Below, piece after piece: positions 42,534 to 56,346 of a stretch of 64,000 nt of DNA (positions are counted from its first letter, which is position 1; each line of letters starts with the position of its first letter). The notes beneath the pieces are model-generated. The model made no database searches. It was not told where the DNA came from and saw only the letters and a list, made by a program, of their open reading frames with translations. The translations under genes and the position numbers were made by a program. Source of the stretch: Pecten maximus (taxonomy: Eukaryota); assembly GCF_902652985.1 (NCBI RefSeq), contig NC_047017.1, forward strand, positions 16,058,001-16,122,000. Direction: 5' to 3'.

Positions 42534-45500
42534 ATGACTGGTGAATACACACATATGGCCGAGTACCCTTATGAAGGTTCGAGACAAAACATCATTAAGT
42601 GGACAGACTCCTGCATAGCGGCTTTAGCTGGTTTATCAATAGGTATAGCTGTTGGACTTTTTATTGGAAATTCTGTCAAAGATGGCATCGGAGCTGGTGT
42701 TTTTCTTCCTGGAGTTTCAAATAGAATCATCAAAGATGGAGACCCAACAGTTAGTGATATTATCATGGATACCATCAAAAGTGAAAACATCCGGGAATAC
42801 TTGAGGTAATATTAAATAAAATCTACTTTAAGCATTGAGTTACGAAAAACACATTGATAAGTATCCTTTATTAATTTTTTTAAAGTGTTTTCACATGAAT
42901 TTTTTTTTTTTTTTTGCTCCAAACTTTGGACTTTGAAATAATCCGTTATAATTTTAACATAACCAACTATTTATTCTCTTTAATTCAATCGGGATTTGGA
43001 TTAAAATGTTAAAACCGAAGTTTCCCGTTGATATGAAAATGTCGATTGTAAATATGACTGCAAACTCGGACCTAGCATGTCGAGACCAATTAACTAAATA
43101 TTGTAAAGGCTGGGCTTGACTCTACGGGGAATCGGTATTTGTTGCGCCTCTCAGCCTAATTAAGATTGTCGAACTAAAAATCGTACAAGAAGATTCAGCA
43201 GACCTGGAGGATTAACTCGGGAATCGTTCAGTAACAATAAATGATCTTGGTTTTGAAGACCTCTTGGACAGCGTCTGTTTTAGTATCAAAGTTGCCTTTT
43301 CACAAATTCTCGTTTGGTTTCTCTAGTTTCCAATTTTATTATGCTACATCAACTTGTAAAATGTATTCCCAATATTAGCCATTTTTGTGTAAAAAGTGAA
43401 ATAATAACGTTATACTTGTCTGTTGAAAAATGCAAGTTCCGAAGAATCAAGCATGAAAAAAACCTTGTGTTACATTGAGGATGAGACAAGAAAGTCTTTT
43501 GACTTTACCAGCCGGTTTGTTTAGAAACAATGTATTGATATATATATATTGATATAGAAACTAACGCGTGTTTCCCAAAGTGCAATAATCAAAAACATAG
43601 GTATGAAGTATATATGCATCTATATATCGGTTACTGAATTTTCTTAAGCTACTTTCAAACTTGCGTCATAGGGACCTGTCTGAGTTACCCCACCTGGCGG
43701 GGACGGATGCTGACTTCCGCCAAGCTAACGAGCTACGCGACTTCTGGAGACAGGAGGGAATGGACGAGGTCTACGTCACACCGTATGACGTCTTGTTGTC
43801 CTACCCCAACGTCACTGATGACGACATGATGAACCGGATAGAGTTGCTCAACGCCACCGGTGGTATAGTTTACCAATCTCCACTAAGGGAAGCAATCCTT
43901 CATCAGAGTGACAACAAAAGCGGTGTGGTCCCACCCTTCAATGCTTACTCTGCTCCCGGGGATGTCACAGCGGTAAGTGTTATTTATTGCTTCTCAAAAT
44001 GCTGTTGTTTTGTATATACAGATTTATTTTTTTTTAATTTCATTTTTTATTTATTGAATTTCCTAACAATACGGACAAAAGATGTGTACCGAGTGTCACT
44101 TCAAATACTTGGCCCAGATCCTAGACAAGATGGCAGGAAGGAAAAGGCCCATACAATAGTATTGCTCTAAAAGCAATTTCCAATAATCATGTGGAAATGT
44201 TAGGTTGCTAGAAAAATGTACTTTTATTAAAAACTTCAGTATTGCTGGCGCCATTTTCATCAACATGTTACTGAATTACTGAGATACTTGAATGCAAATA
44301 GTTTTAAAAGAAAAAGGTTTTAAAAAAACTCAAATCTTCTTATTGCTACTTTTAAATTAGACTTGATCTTATATTATATCCATGACAGCTTTGTTGATTC
44401 AAACAGGGGCGCCTGGTTTATGTTAACTACGGACGCCTAGAAGACTATCGTTGGCTGAAGAACAATACTTCCGTCAACGTCTCGGGCGCCATTGTTATAG
44501 TCCGATACCAGAACGTATTCAGGGGCGACAAGGTTTGTGATGAACTCTGATAGTACGGTTAGGTAAGGTAATCAGGGATTACGAGTTTAAGATAAAATTA
44601 AAAGACAAAAGTTCGGTAATTGAGGACTTATATCCGTATTCGTTCACCCGACCCCCAACCCCCCTTTTTTACTAGATAGAAGGAAAGTAACCCGAGTAAG
44701 AATATTAAAAGTGTAAAACTTGCCGATGAGGACCGAAAAGATGGTTAATGAGTGTATCTACAGTATACTTTAATGTTAAATAATCAGTAATGTTCGCCCT
44801 CAGGAACATATGGGAAAAAACCTATGTATTGTTGTTTAGTTTAACGTCTATATTTTAACATAAAATATAAAGTAACACAACGAGCGAATGTTTATATTTC
44901 TTTCGCTAGAGTTTGTGTGACCTGTTTCTACCACAATAGAAAAGGAAAAAGAAAGGATGAATTGACATATTTTTTGTACTTTTCACAATATCAGGTGGGA
45001 TGTAATGATATGGCCTGAAGTAAAATGCCGCTAATCAATATGCAAAACTGCAATTTAGGAAACGTGTGTATATATAACAATTTTTCATTAATCATAACAA
45101 AATATTAGCAAGATTATTACTTCTCAAAGAAATAATTGATAGAAATCTATAGGAAAAAAATGAATTCCACAAAAACAGTTGCGAACTACTTTTTGTGTAT
45201 CATTATTTCAGCCAGGCAGTGAAGCAGCCTTCATGTGTAAGCCAATCAAAACCCACTGAACCACATGATTGAAAATAGTCCCGGACAAATGTCACTATGT
45301 CAGCCAATCAAAACGTGTTGAGAGGTTATTACACGTGTAGTGTAAACTATTTGTTATTCAACATTTTAATGATAATTCCATGCATTGGGAGTTGATAAAT
45401 ATCCACCTGTTGTGGTAGAAATAGACGTTTTAACTGGTATGGATAACAAAACTTTCACATTCTGGCGGTTATAGGTAAAATTAGCAGCCGCTAATGGAGC

Positions 45501-48500
45501 TGTAGGCGTCATTCTTTACTCAGACCCCGCAGAGGTTGTACCAAGCGGAAGTTCATCTAAACTGTATCCGGATGGCTGGTGGCTCCCTCCGTCGGGAGTA
45601 CAGCGGGGCACTGTTGGCAGAATGAGCGGGGATCCTCTAACGCCGGGATACCCCGCTACGGGTAAGCATACCACCCACTCAAACTGGCATTATCTTGGTG
45701 AAAAAACAATCAATGTTGTATATTTTCTGAGCTTTGAGGATTTCCATAAAGAGTGTCCATATTTTCAAGCACCAGATCTGTTTAAAGACAGAGGTAATAC
45801 ATTAAAAACACATATACCTTGTTAGGCAACTTTTATTTATTTAATTATTTATAAACAATAAAGGCGATAAATGCAAAAGAAAAGAAAAAAAATCTCGCCT
45901 GCGTTTGATTTCATGTCAACAACCTAATTTGTTGTAACTCTTTCTACCTACCTATTTTAAGGAATTCATGCAAAAAGGTTTTGAAGTAAAGGAGAAATAA
46001 AATTTTACTAATCAAATGATTAAGCTAATCACCTTTTAAACAACTGGGCCCTGGTCGCAGTCTCCTTGCACGTTCTAATGGTTGTCACTGTGATGTTATT
46101 GTTCGTTTTTGTTTCTTGTGTTATCAATTTCAGGTACATTGTATATTGTATTTACGATAATCTTTTATTTGTTAGTTTGTTTGTTTTCTTGTTTGTTTAT
46201 TTCTAGTAGAGAAATAGGCAAATAGCACGTCGAATCTTCTTATGTAAGTGGATAATCTACTTAAAGAGACTTAAAGGTAACAATAGCAAACCTGTAGATT
46301 CTTAACTTCTAAACAATTCATGAAAGATTAGATGCTGTTGGCATACCTGCATAAAATGTTTCAGGACGATGCATATTGGGTTTTATTACATAATGCGTTT
46401 GATTTTCTCTAACTATAAACATAAGGTATATTTTGAACTATTGCACGGCTAAAATAACTATTGTCCGGTCACGTACGAACTATTGAACACCTGTGACCTT
46501 TCGGTATGTCGTCCTACCCTTTCAAGCGTCTAAGTCACTCAGATGTCAACACTGCCAACGACAGTAATGATGACTTCTAGACTTACAGAAAAGTCGATAT
46601 GTCAGTGATTCTAAGTGCTTTTTAGTGATTATGTAATAAAACAAGTATATCATTGGTGTCTGTGCAATAGTCCGGAATATTTTACCTTCGTGACACCTCT
46701 AATATATTTGTATTCTTCCACTACCGGCTTTTGTATCACAGCATTCAAAATGAAAACTAATGTATAACATCCATATGTCCATATGTTCGATTTCACTCTA
46801 AGAGGGGTTTTTTAAAAAAAAATTGTAGTGTTGAGAACGTTACCTTGATATCATCATTTTGGCAGAATTAAGAACATCCAAAGACTGTCAGACCAGTAAT
46901 TTACTCGAGGATTATTTGCGTTTCAGTTTTTGCGATTCCCTTAAAAGTTACTAATATATTTTATATAGTAATGCTAAATAGAGGATATGGTTGGTGGCCA
47001 TTTCAATTTCTAGTATTCATGTTCCTCCACATATATCAAGAATAACTCAAACAAGTATATAAAATTGAAATGGCCATCCACCAGGGTGACATTTGAATGT
47101 ATTACTAAAAAAGCAACCTATTGGCTTCTAACATGAAAGAATGTTTATGATTACACAGTAGTTGCACCAATACAATAATGACAACTACAATCAATATCAA
47201 AAAGTAGATCAAAAACACATAAAAACCTATGCTAGTCTCAGTGGGGTTGATATAAAAACCGCCACAAAGACCTTCATGGTATACCATATCATGAATTTCT
47301 TACCCACATGAGTGAAATTTGTCTGAAATTATGCTCTCTGTTTGGCCAAATACTTGATAACACAGAAACAGCGTACAGGTACTCTGAGAACAGCAGTGAG
47401 GCGCAACTCCCAACTATTCCTGTCCATCCCATAGGTTATGGCGCGGCGGAGGTATTCCTCAGGTGAGCCTGTTAGTAAAATGGCAACACATCGGCGAATT
47501 CCGTTAATTTTCGGAATTCCGAGTCTTGACGGATTCGGCTGAGACATTGATGTCACTTGTGTGAATATAGGAGTGTTAAGGTAGATAAGAGAGAGGGGCA
47601 AGATATTCATCGTTCAGACGGCAGGAATTACACGTAAACGTAATTACTTTGGTAATTAATTACATTTTTGCAATATACTTTAATAGTCAACATAAGAATT
47701 TTTTTTCAAATTATCGGGGGGTTATTATTTTCATTAACTCCACAAATCATAAAAAATCAGAACTATACAGATCTGTTGATACATAAGCACTGGAGTCATT
47801 ATCTTTATTGGTTTTACCCGAAGAGAGATGACGGGAGATGAGGTCCCTGATCATTGGAAAGGAGGTTTAAACATTACGTACAGACTAGGGGGACAATTAA
47901 AGACCAATGGCAGGTGAGTAGACCTTCCACAAATCTATATCAATGAGTTATAACTTCTCATGAGCCGCAAAGAAAGTATTTAACGAAAGACAGAAGTTGA
48001 TGGACCTTTAGATATGAATATGAAATATATATATATATATACATGTATATATATATGAAAGTATGAAAGTAAGCAATAGATAAGTTCTACCGAATGTTCA
48101 TTCTAGGATTCGTCAGCAAAGCCAGGGGCCAACATTTGTTAGAATCCAGATTCGAAGCCGAAGAAAAAACCAAAACGATTAAAAAAGGCGTTTAAATTAG
48201 AATGGATTGTGCAATGGCCATTTGAAATAAATTTTGTATGGTTCAACTATTGAAAATCTATAATTCATAAATTTGTTTTGTTGAAATCGCTGCTATAAGA
48301 TATTCTCATGGAATGTTATAAAACTTAATTTGGCATATTAACTTTCAAAAAAAATATTTGCTGGAAAAATAGTGTCGTTCATTAACATGAGGTTGTATAT
48401 TTCTTTATATGATGGATTATTTCAGAAAAATACGAATATTCATTTCGACACAGAGTTACATGAGACGGATCTATAACGTATTCGGAGTCATACATGGAAG

Positions 48501-51500
48501 TGTGGAGCCAGGTAACCTGCCTTTAATCTCAAATGAATTTTCATTTTTATCAAACATAATTTGTAACAGAACTAAAATTAGATTGCAGAAGTAAAGTAAC
48601 AATAACATCTTTTGTTAAAATATGCTTTGTTGTCTTTCAGACCGATACGTGTTGATGGGTAACCATAGAGACGCGTGGGTATTTGGCGCTATTGACCCAT
48701 CAAGTGCCACGGCAGTCATGAAAGAAGTTTCCAGAGTAATGGGAAATCTTGTAAAGCAAGGTACCAATACATACTCCACGTCGTCATCGTGATGGAAAAA
48801 CTGGTTTAATCCTGCATGGGAACAAAACGCAAATAAACGTTTGTAAAAACACACAAGATAACAACATCTTTCCATATAAATTGAGAGTAGAGAACAAATT
48901 AATCAAACTGCATCATGCAGCAGTTTTGTCCTTCTAGGACTTGCCAGTGATGCTAGGACCGTAACGTTTTAACACATATAGGAGGAAAATAAGATAGCTC
49001 GAAAGAGGTCCAATAGTCCCATAAATTAAAAAAAAAATCGTAATTTTAAACATTGGATTTCAAAAAAATATCAACTCCATTTTACAAGTATGTATATATA
49101 GCACATGTCACCATTGTGGAGGAGTGGTGGAGGGCTAGTGTTAAGGTGTACCGACACTTTAACACTAGCCCTCCACCAGTGGGTTGCGAGTTCGAAACCT
49201 CCGTGGGGCAGTTGCCAGGTACTGACTGAAGGCCGGTGGTTTTTCTCCGGTACTCCGGCTTTCCTCCACCTCGAAAACCTGGCACGTCCTTAAATGACCC
49301 TGGCTGTTAATAGGATGTTAAACAAACTAAACCAAAAAAACCAGACCATTGTGATAGAGTGGAATAAACGAGAATATTCGAGGCTGGCGTGTTATGGACA
49401 GCACTTGGTGTTTGATACTGAATATAAGGATAGGAAAGTGAAGATTGTTTGTGTCCATGCTGACGGAGAATTCCTCTAGGAACTCGGCAACAATCACCAT
49501 GCCATTGTGGCGACACATTAACACAGCGAGTTTCTGCTTTATGCTGTTGCCACTGTAATAAAAGCGACACATTAGTTATAGTTATAGACGAATGAAACAG
49601 CTGCATAATGCAGTTGGATATTCATTATTCAACTTTAATTGCATTCATTACTAAAATATCTTAAGCCACAACATATTTTAAATGCAGATCGTCACAAAGA
49701 TAATCATTCAATATTTCATGGTATCGACCACTCGCAAGTTGATGTCACCACTTGTGAATACTTTTTAATGTAAAATGTCCATTCCATTTTATTACGACCA
49801 TTACTGATGAAGTATGAGATATACGATCTGTCGTTTGCAGTAACGTTACTGAACTACCAATAGATCAGCCTAACTAACGAACTAAGGTAGCGTGTTAGAG
49901 TCTTTTTGTATTGGCAATATCCTGATGTTGTTACTACTCATCATTAGATACTTACGCACAAAATGCGATGTCATGTTTACCGAACTTTGCTTTCTAACAC
50001 CTTACCATACCTTACAAACCCTTTTGCACATTGGAATATTTTCAAAAAGATCACCAGGAGCTAGACCTATATATACCATCTGATGATGTGACTTGTTCTT
50101 TATTGGTCAGACATTCAACTCATTTATATCAACTTTATATTTTCCTGAAACCTTAACACCTGTCGATATTGATAGATACTATTCTTTTTTTGATCAACTC
50201 AATACGCTATTGTTTGCTGTGATTATGGTATAAGTCATATTTTACCTCAGGGCGATGGCGGCCACGACGTACGATCATATTCTGTAGCTGGGACGCTGAG
50301 GAGTACGGAGTAATTGGCTCGTACGAGTGGGTCGAGGTAAAACAATATTCTATTGCAATTAATCCTTCAGCACTATCACCGTTTCATTAGTATAGTTCGT
50401 ATTTTCAAATAAGACATTGTGAACATTTAAACTTTATTTATTTTATAACGATTACTTGACTGAAGTTAAACTAATTTATATAAATCATGTTGTTGGCCCG
50501 GTTAGAAGCTCGCGAGGGGTCTTACTATGGGAGGAAAACGGGGTACCAGGAGAAAACCTACGTGGTCAGGCAGGTGACTGCATAACTCATATAGCGTCAT
50601 ATAGGGGCATCATCCCCGGCCACCTAGGTGAAAGGCTTTTCTTAGATTTACACGCAGGGGTCTTACTCTTGACAGAAAACCGGTGTACTAAGAGAGAACC
50701 AACGTGGTCAGGCAGGTGACATCATACCTTTTCACCTCCCATCGGGGAATCAACCCCGGCTGCTTTTGTGAATGTCGAATAAGTGTGGCACAACTGTACC
50801 ACCCTAATACTCGAAAGACATTGCCAGTTGTTTTTAATTACTAGTTTTTGGCGTCTTTTTATTTGTAGCAATATGTGAAAAACCTTGCCGCGCGGTCAGT
50901 GGCCTACATCAATATCGACATGGCTGTTACAGGTAATTTTGATAAGACACCCAACCAAGTAGTCACCTGTAAGTCTTATGAGACAAGTAAGTAAGCTGTA
51001 ATAGATAAGCTTACCTATGATAGGTAAGTTCGATGAGACAGATAAGTCTTGTGAGACAGGTGATTTTCATAAGACACCCAAGCAAGTTATCACCGGTAAG
51101 CATTATGAGACAAGTAAGTAAGCTGTCATAGATAAGCTTACCTATGATAGGTAAGTTCGATGAGACAGATAAGTCTTGTGAGACAGGTGATTTTCATAAG
51201 ACACCCAAGCAAGTTATCACCGGTAAGCATTATGAGACAAGTAAGTAAGCTGTAATAGATAAGTTTACCTATGATAGGTAAGTTCGATGAGACAGATAAG
51301 TCTTGTGAGACAGGTGATTTTCATAAGATATCCACCAAATGCGGAAAAGTTATACAGAATGCAGTGTGTTTATACATTGTTGTATCTTAGGAATAAAACG
51401 CTCTGCAAATATCTATGCCAAACGTTTTAACCATCCAAATGATAATAATGATAATAATAACCGAAACGAAGTACATGCCGTGGATAACGACATTTTTCAA

Positions 51501-54500
51501 GAAGCATGTACGTGTTTGATAATATACTGGTTTATCTTCACAACACTTTCAGGAAACCTTTCGTTTGTACCGACTGGAACACCCTTGATCTTTACGGCCA
51601 CCTACGAAGCCACCAAAAAGGTATTATATAACGGTATAACGAGTAAATTTTGTTGCATAAGGCTTAAACATTAGAAGTTAATCTGATAATATAATACGGA
51701 TAACAAACATCTAAGGGTCATTTTGACCTACTTATCAGATATTGTTTTTCTGAGTTAAACAATAAAAAAAAACATGAACCGATGACCCCTGTAAATAGAA
51801 CATTGTTTAAATGACATTGACGCGGTCAACAAAATCCTATGATGATATGACGTAACGAAATTATGATGTAATCATTTTATGAAGGTTTTATAAAGAGATA
51901 AATACCAAGTATATTTTGAATTTTGACGAGGTGGCGAACCCCGATCCGGACGACTTACGAGAAGGATTACGCACTGTCTACGATAAGTGGTTGAGAACAT
52001 ATCCATCTCCTGGTCAGTCTAAACCTCTGTAAGTAGCCTTCACGTGTCAATAAATTGGAGTTTATTGATATTGGGACTCAATAAGTAAAATAATTCATTT
52101 TAGCTCTCACTAACACTAACATTTCTAATAGGAAGGATAACTGAAAATAATGAAAAATATTTCGCTCTATAAACGAGCATTTTTCCACTTTGAAAAAGGG
52201 AAACTACTGCTAATCTGGGTTTGTACGATAACATCTTCTCTGTCGCTTCAAAGATTCTCATCATTCTAAACCACTGTGGTAGCGATAAGCTCGATTGATG
52301 TTCTCAACGGAGGATTTGTTAGGAAAAGTAATTATGGCAAAGATATAAAATTCGCAATCACACAGAGAATACTGATATGCAAATGAAATTGTAATTCTAA
52401 CTCAAAGTTGATAAAACGGGGGGCAAGCTATAAACACAGTATACATGAGATCATAAAAAAACAGGCCAAATGTTTCCGAGGGAGTAACGTCCAATGCTTC
52501 ATCGCCGATGCCCTGCACACAAATCTAGATAAAATCCAGGTTGATCCACATGCTCAAAATAAGAACTGGCTATGGGAAGACAAACACCAATTATGTCAAG
52601 TAGCATGTTAAGTAAAAAGATTATTTCCAAGCGGGATTATAATGCCGTCATTAATGTTTGGGATTCCCAAACCTTTTTCTCTGAAAACTGTATTGTATTT
52701 TCCCCTAAAGTAAACTTTACAACAATTGCTAAACAAGTTATATAAAATTATACTAATCACGCTTGTAGGCCCGGATTGAAGCGCGCGAGGGGCTACTGTG
52801 GAAGAAAGTGTGTTTGTTACCACTGTGCTACCCGATTACCAAAATTATATCATTGAATCAACTGAGCCATATCTAAAACCTAGGCCGGAGGGAACCCGGA
52901 TGCTATTACTTCCCTATACTTTCTTGTTTCCTTTTAAAACAAAAGAATGTTTTGTCGCCAGGATTGCGTTATTTTACAGATTCGGTATGCTTGGATCCAC
53001 GAGTGACCATGCTCCGTTTGTACAGCTTGTTGGGGTTCCTTGTGTGATGCTATCATATGTAGGAAATCTGGTTTGTATCTTGATATCTATCTCCGTCATA
53101 TATTCATTTCATTGGGTTTATAAAACTTCTCATAAACAATATCGGACCAACCCAAATCGTGACAGCATTTCTATTTTGTAACGTTTTGATAACCTCGCTT
53201 TTATTATTCATAAACATAGCAGAACTGGAAATCGTTGAAATTAAATAGGCATTCCCCATTGAAAAGTTTCCGTCACCGGTTGTTTTCTAGGCGTGAGAAC
53301 GTGACGTTATATAAGAAGGCTAATAACATGACTGCCAATGTTATTGAGGTGAACGTCGCGTCGAGACTGTGAATGTCTGAAAAAGATATTGTTACATATC
53401 TTGATATGATTATTGCTCGCACATTTAGCGTTTTTTTTATGTTTTCTTATAAATATACGAAGAGTGTTATCAAGAAAAAAAATCTGTTTGATTTGTTGTT
53501 GTTGTTGTTGTTGTTGTTACATTTTTCACCTATTTTCATATGGATTTTCACGTATTTAATCCTTGTGATTTATTTTGCAATCGCTATCCAGACGGTTTAC
53601 AACTTATACCCCACGTATCACTCTAGGTACGATACATTCCGCGTTATAGACGACTTCATTGACAAAGGCTTCAAGGTAAGACATATTTACGATATTGTGT
53701 TGTATTATGACGTATTGTTCGGTATCGAACAAAAAGGCAATGTTGTGGAAAGGTGAAACATTCATACATTTAGGTCGTAGCAAAGAATACCGACACAATT
53801 ACAAAACCATAACTTATTTAAATATGGGGCTTTTACAATTCCCCACCCTGATTTTGACGTTTCTTTCGACCTGCTTAATTTCCTCTCTCGCCTACAAGGT
53901 ATCAACACCTCAGTCCCTTAGCATCACTGACGAGTCCTAGATGGACGAAACAGCGATATGGTGAAATTATTCACCATTTATGGCTTTATAGTATCTCGCT
54001 CTCAAATGATATTGAAAGGTGCAAATATGTCTTGTTGAAATCATATATAAATGACCAAACATTACACACATGAACAAGTCAATGCTTAAAATGACAAACT
54101 CACAGACTTGATGAGTCAAATATGTAAATGTCATATATAATTCTCTTCTTTCTATCTTTAGTGAATGTTAAGATAGATTCATGTTCCACTCCAGCATCTT
54201 ATGAAAATTCGATAGCGTTGATATGTATTGACTTTTGTTTGTAGACCCATCGAGCGGTAGGTCAAGTCGCTGCCGAAATGACGAGGAATTTGGCCGACTC
54301 TCTCATTGTACCTTTTAATGTGAACGACTTTTCACAGCAGCTTCAGATACTCGTCGAAGTCCTTGACAATGAGTACGGACAGTTTCTCAGATCTCACGGT
54401 GTTCACTTTGGTGAGTAGTATATAGGGAAGAAGAATTAGAAACCTATTATAACGGTTTAGATCACGTAAACCCCCAGTGTGTTCAGGTAAATGTTTTAAT

Positions 54501-56346
54501 AATATATGGGAATAATATTTCTGTATTTGTAACCAACTCACAAATATATATGAGTGATTTTGTCATATTCTAAGTCCCATCGATCTTCCAAAATGAAATC
54601 ATGATTAACTTATTTATAGAAATAATATCCCTTTTTCAGTTGTCAGCTCAAACTATGAAATATACCTATATTGAACGATCGTCTGGTGTAAATTTCAGTG
54701 TAAAGAGATCAAATATCCATTCAACTCCAATGAAAGTGTTCTGGGATTATATTCCTGATCATAATTTTCCAGATTGGTTGCAGGAAGCCGCGAACAACTT
54801 TTCTGCAGAAGCCGTTGAATTTCAAACACGGGTGGATAGCGTTGATATGAATAAGTATGACATTTTTGTTTAATCTCCGGTGGTGACATTGTCTTTTTAT
54901 TACACCAGGATCACAGATATTATCAATATTTTCCCCGAGCGCAAAAACAGAAAGAAAAAATGTGTGTAAATGGAAACGTGATTCCAATTTATAATTATGT
55001 GATTTCTTTTTGCTACAAAGTTGCTGCCATTTGTTATTTTTACACTCGCTTCATCATTACCTAAACAAAAACTCAACAAGTTCTCAATCCGAGAGTAAGA
55101 AGCAACGTTCAATATGAAAAATTCATATATCATTATAATCATATGAAAAAAATAATATCCCTTTTCCCACGTCATCATTGTAGTTATGATATACAGGGTA
55201 TCTTCAGATTGAAAGTTCCTGATATTTCATTGGTAAAGCGAACATGACATTCTTCCTATATAAATATACTATAACTTATTATGACATTATAGGTATGACA
55301 TTCTACTTTACCACTTTTCAATTTCACTTTAAAACTTCGTTTATCTACGTATCTTGAACATGCCACCGTAGATACTGTGTTCTATTGTTGCTTTTTACTT
55401 TAACGAAATTATTGAACAAATCCGTTTTTCCAATTAAAGTTAACGTCATGTTGGTTCATCAAAGAGTTACCTCCCCTCACATAGAATCGTTCATATTATG
55501 AACAACGTCATAAGAGAACATCCCTAATATCATGTCCTTCTTATCATTATTTGGCATTGTCCAGTCCTTTCTCAATTCGACGTATCAACGACCAGCTAAT
55601 GCTGTTAGAGAGAGCCTTCATTGACCCTGCTGGACTTCCCGGACGGCCCCAAGCCAGGTACGTTCCAGGAAGACTCCCTGTCATGAACAGGTTGTCTTTA
55701 TTTTGCTAATTTTATCATACAATCCTAACACGCTGCAATTTGTATATGGAGCTTACAAGCTATCGACGGGGATCATTTTGTTAAACGCACAAAAACTATC
55801 TGTTATAAGGAGTGTGCAAAAGATATGGATCAACATCTTTCAAAACAGACTGATGCTCAGGGACCAAAAGACTTGACCATAGGTGGCGACCAAAAGTTCA
55901 AAATAAGTCGAAAGATATATCAAAATATGAAGGGGGAGGGACTGAAAAAAAACTTTCTTAAATTAATAATTTTAATGATTTGAAATTTTAACATTTCATA
56001 TCCGTTTCAAGAGATTGATATAGCGTTAGATGTTTTCATCCACGTGTTAATATTACAAGATAAACATGATAAAATACCTCTCATACATCGACAAAACTAT
56101 TGTTTATGTTTCAGACACGTGTTATATTCGAACCTCGATGTGGATACCTACCAAGGAACTACTTTCCCTGGATTGATGGATACACTATTGAAACTGACAT
56201 CTGTTCCGGAACAGGAAGCAGAAGAGCTCTGGGAAGTCGTAAAACATCATTTCTCAGTGGTGATATATACTATTCAGTCGGCTCAGTCCACTCTCCGGGA
56301 TGTTACATCATTTATGCCAGATTCCAAGGAATCAGTAGTAAAATAA
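42534..56346 (+). CDS. M28B type II membrane metallopeptidase, GCPII/NAALADase-like (780 aa)
   Basis: 18 phase-consistent exons: 42534-42805, 43672-43972, 44407-44532, 45475-45661, 47366-47462, 47824-47913, 48426-48511, 48641-48760, 50251-50336, 50869-50932, 51553-51620, 51931-52028, 52980-53070, 53592-53675, 54245-54410, 54773-54854, 55565-55657, 56115-56346 (2343 nt). N-terminal TM; PHLAGT; PA domain VYVNYGR and [10 protein letters not shown]; GNHRD, IDP, WDAEEYG, NID, YPTYHS; [13 protein letters not shown]. Confidence 0.94.
49119..49344 (+). mobile_element. tRNA-headed V-domain-type SINE with TSD
   Basis: B box gagttcgaaacc; ggttttctccggtactccggctttcctcc core; A/C-rich tail; 9-bp TSD ACCATTGTG at 49110-49118 and 49345-49353. 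Confidence 0.85.
50513..50770 (-). mobile_element. Two degenerate tandem SINE fragments
   Basis: gggaggaaaacggggtaccaggagaaaacc is the reverse complement of the same V-type core. cgtggtcaggcaggtgac occurs twice. Confidence 0.55.
50930..51330. repeat. 127-bp tandem repeat (about 3 copies) starting at the exon 10 donor
   Basis: ataaga(c/t)a anchors at 50942, 51069, 51196 and 51323. Confidence 0.9.
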
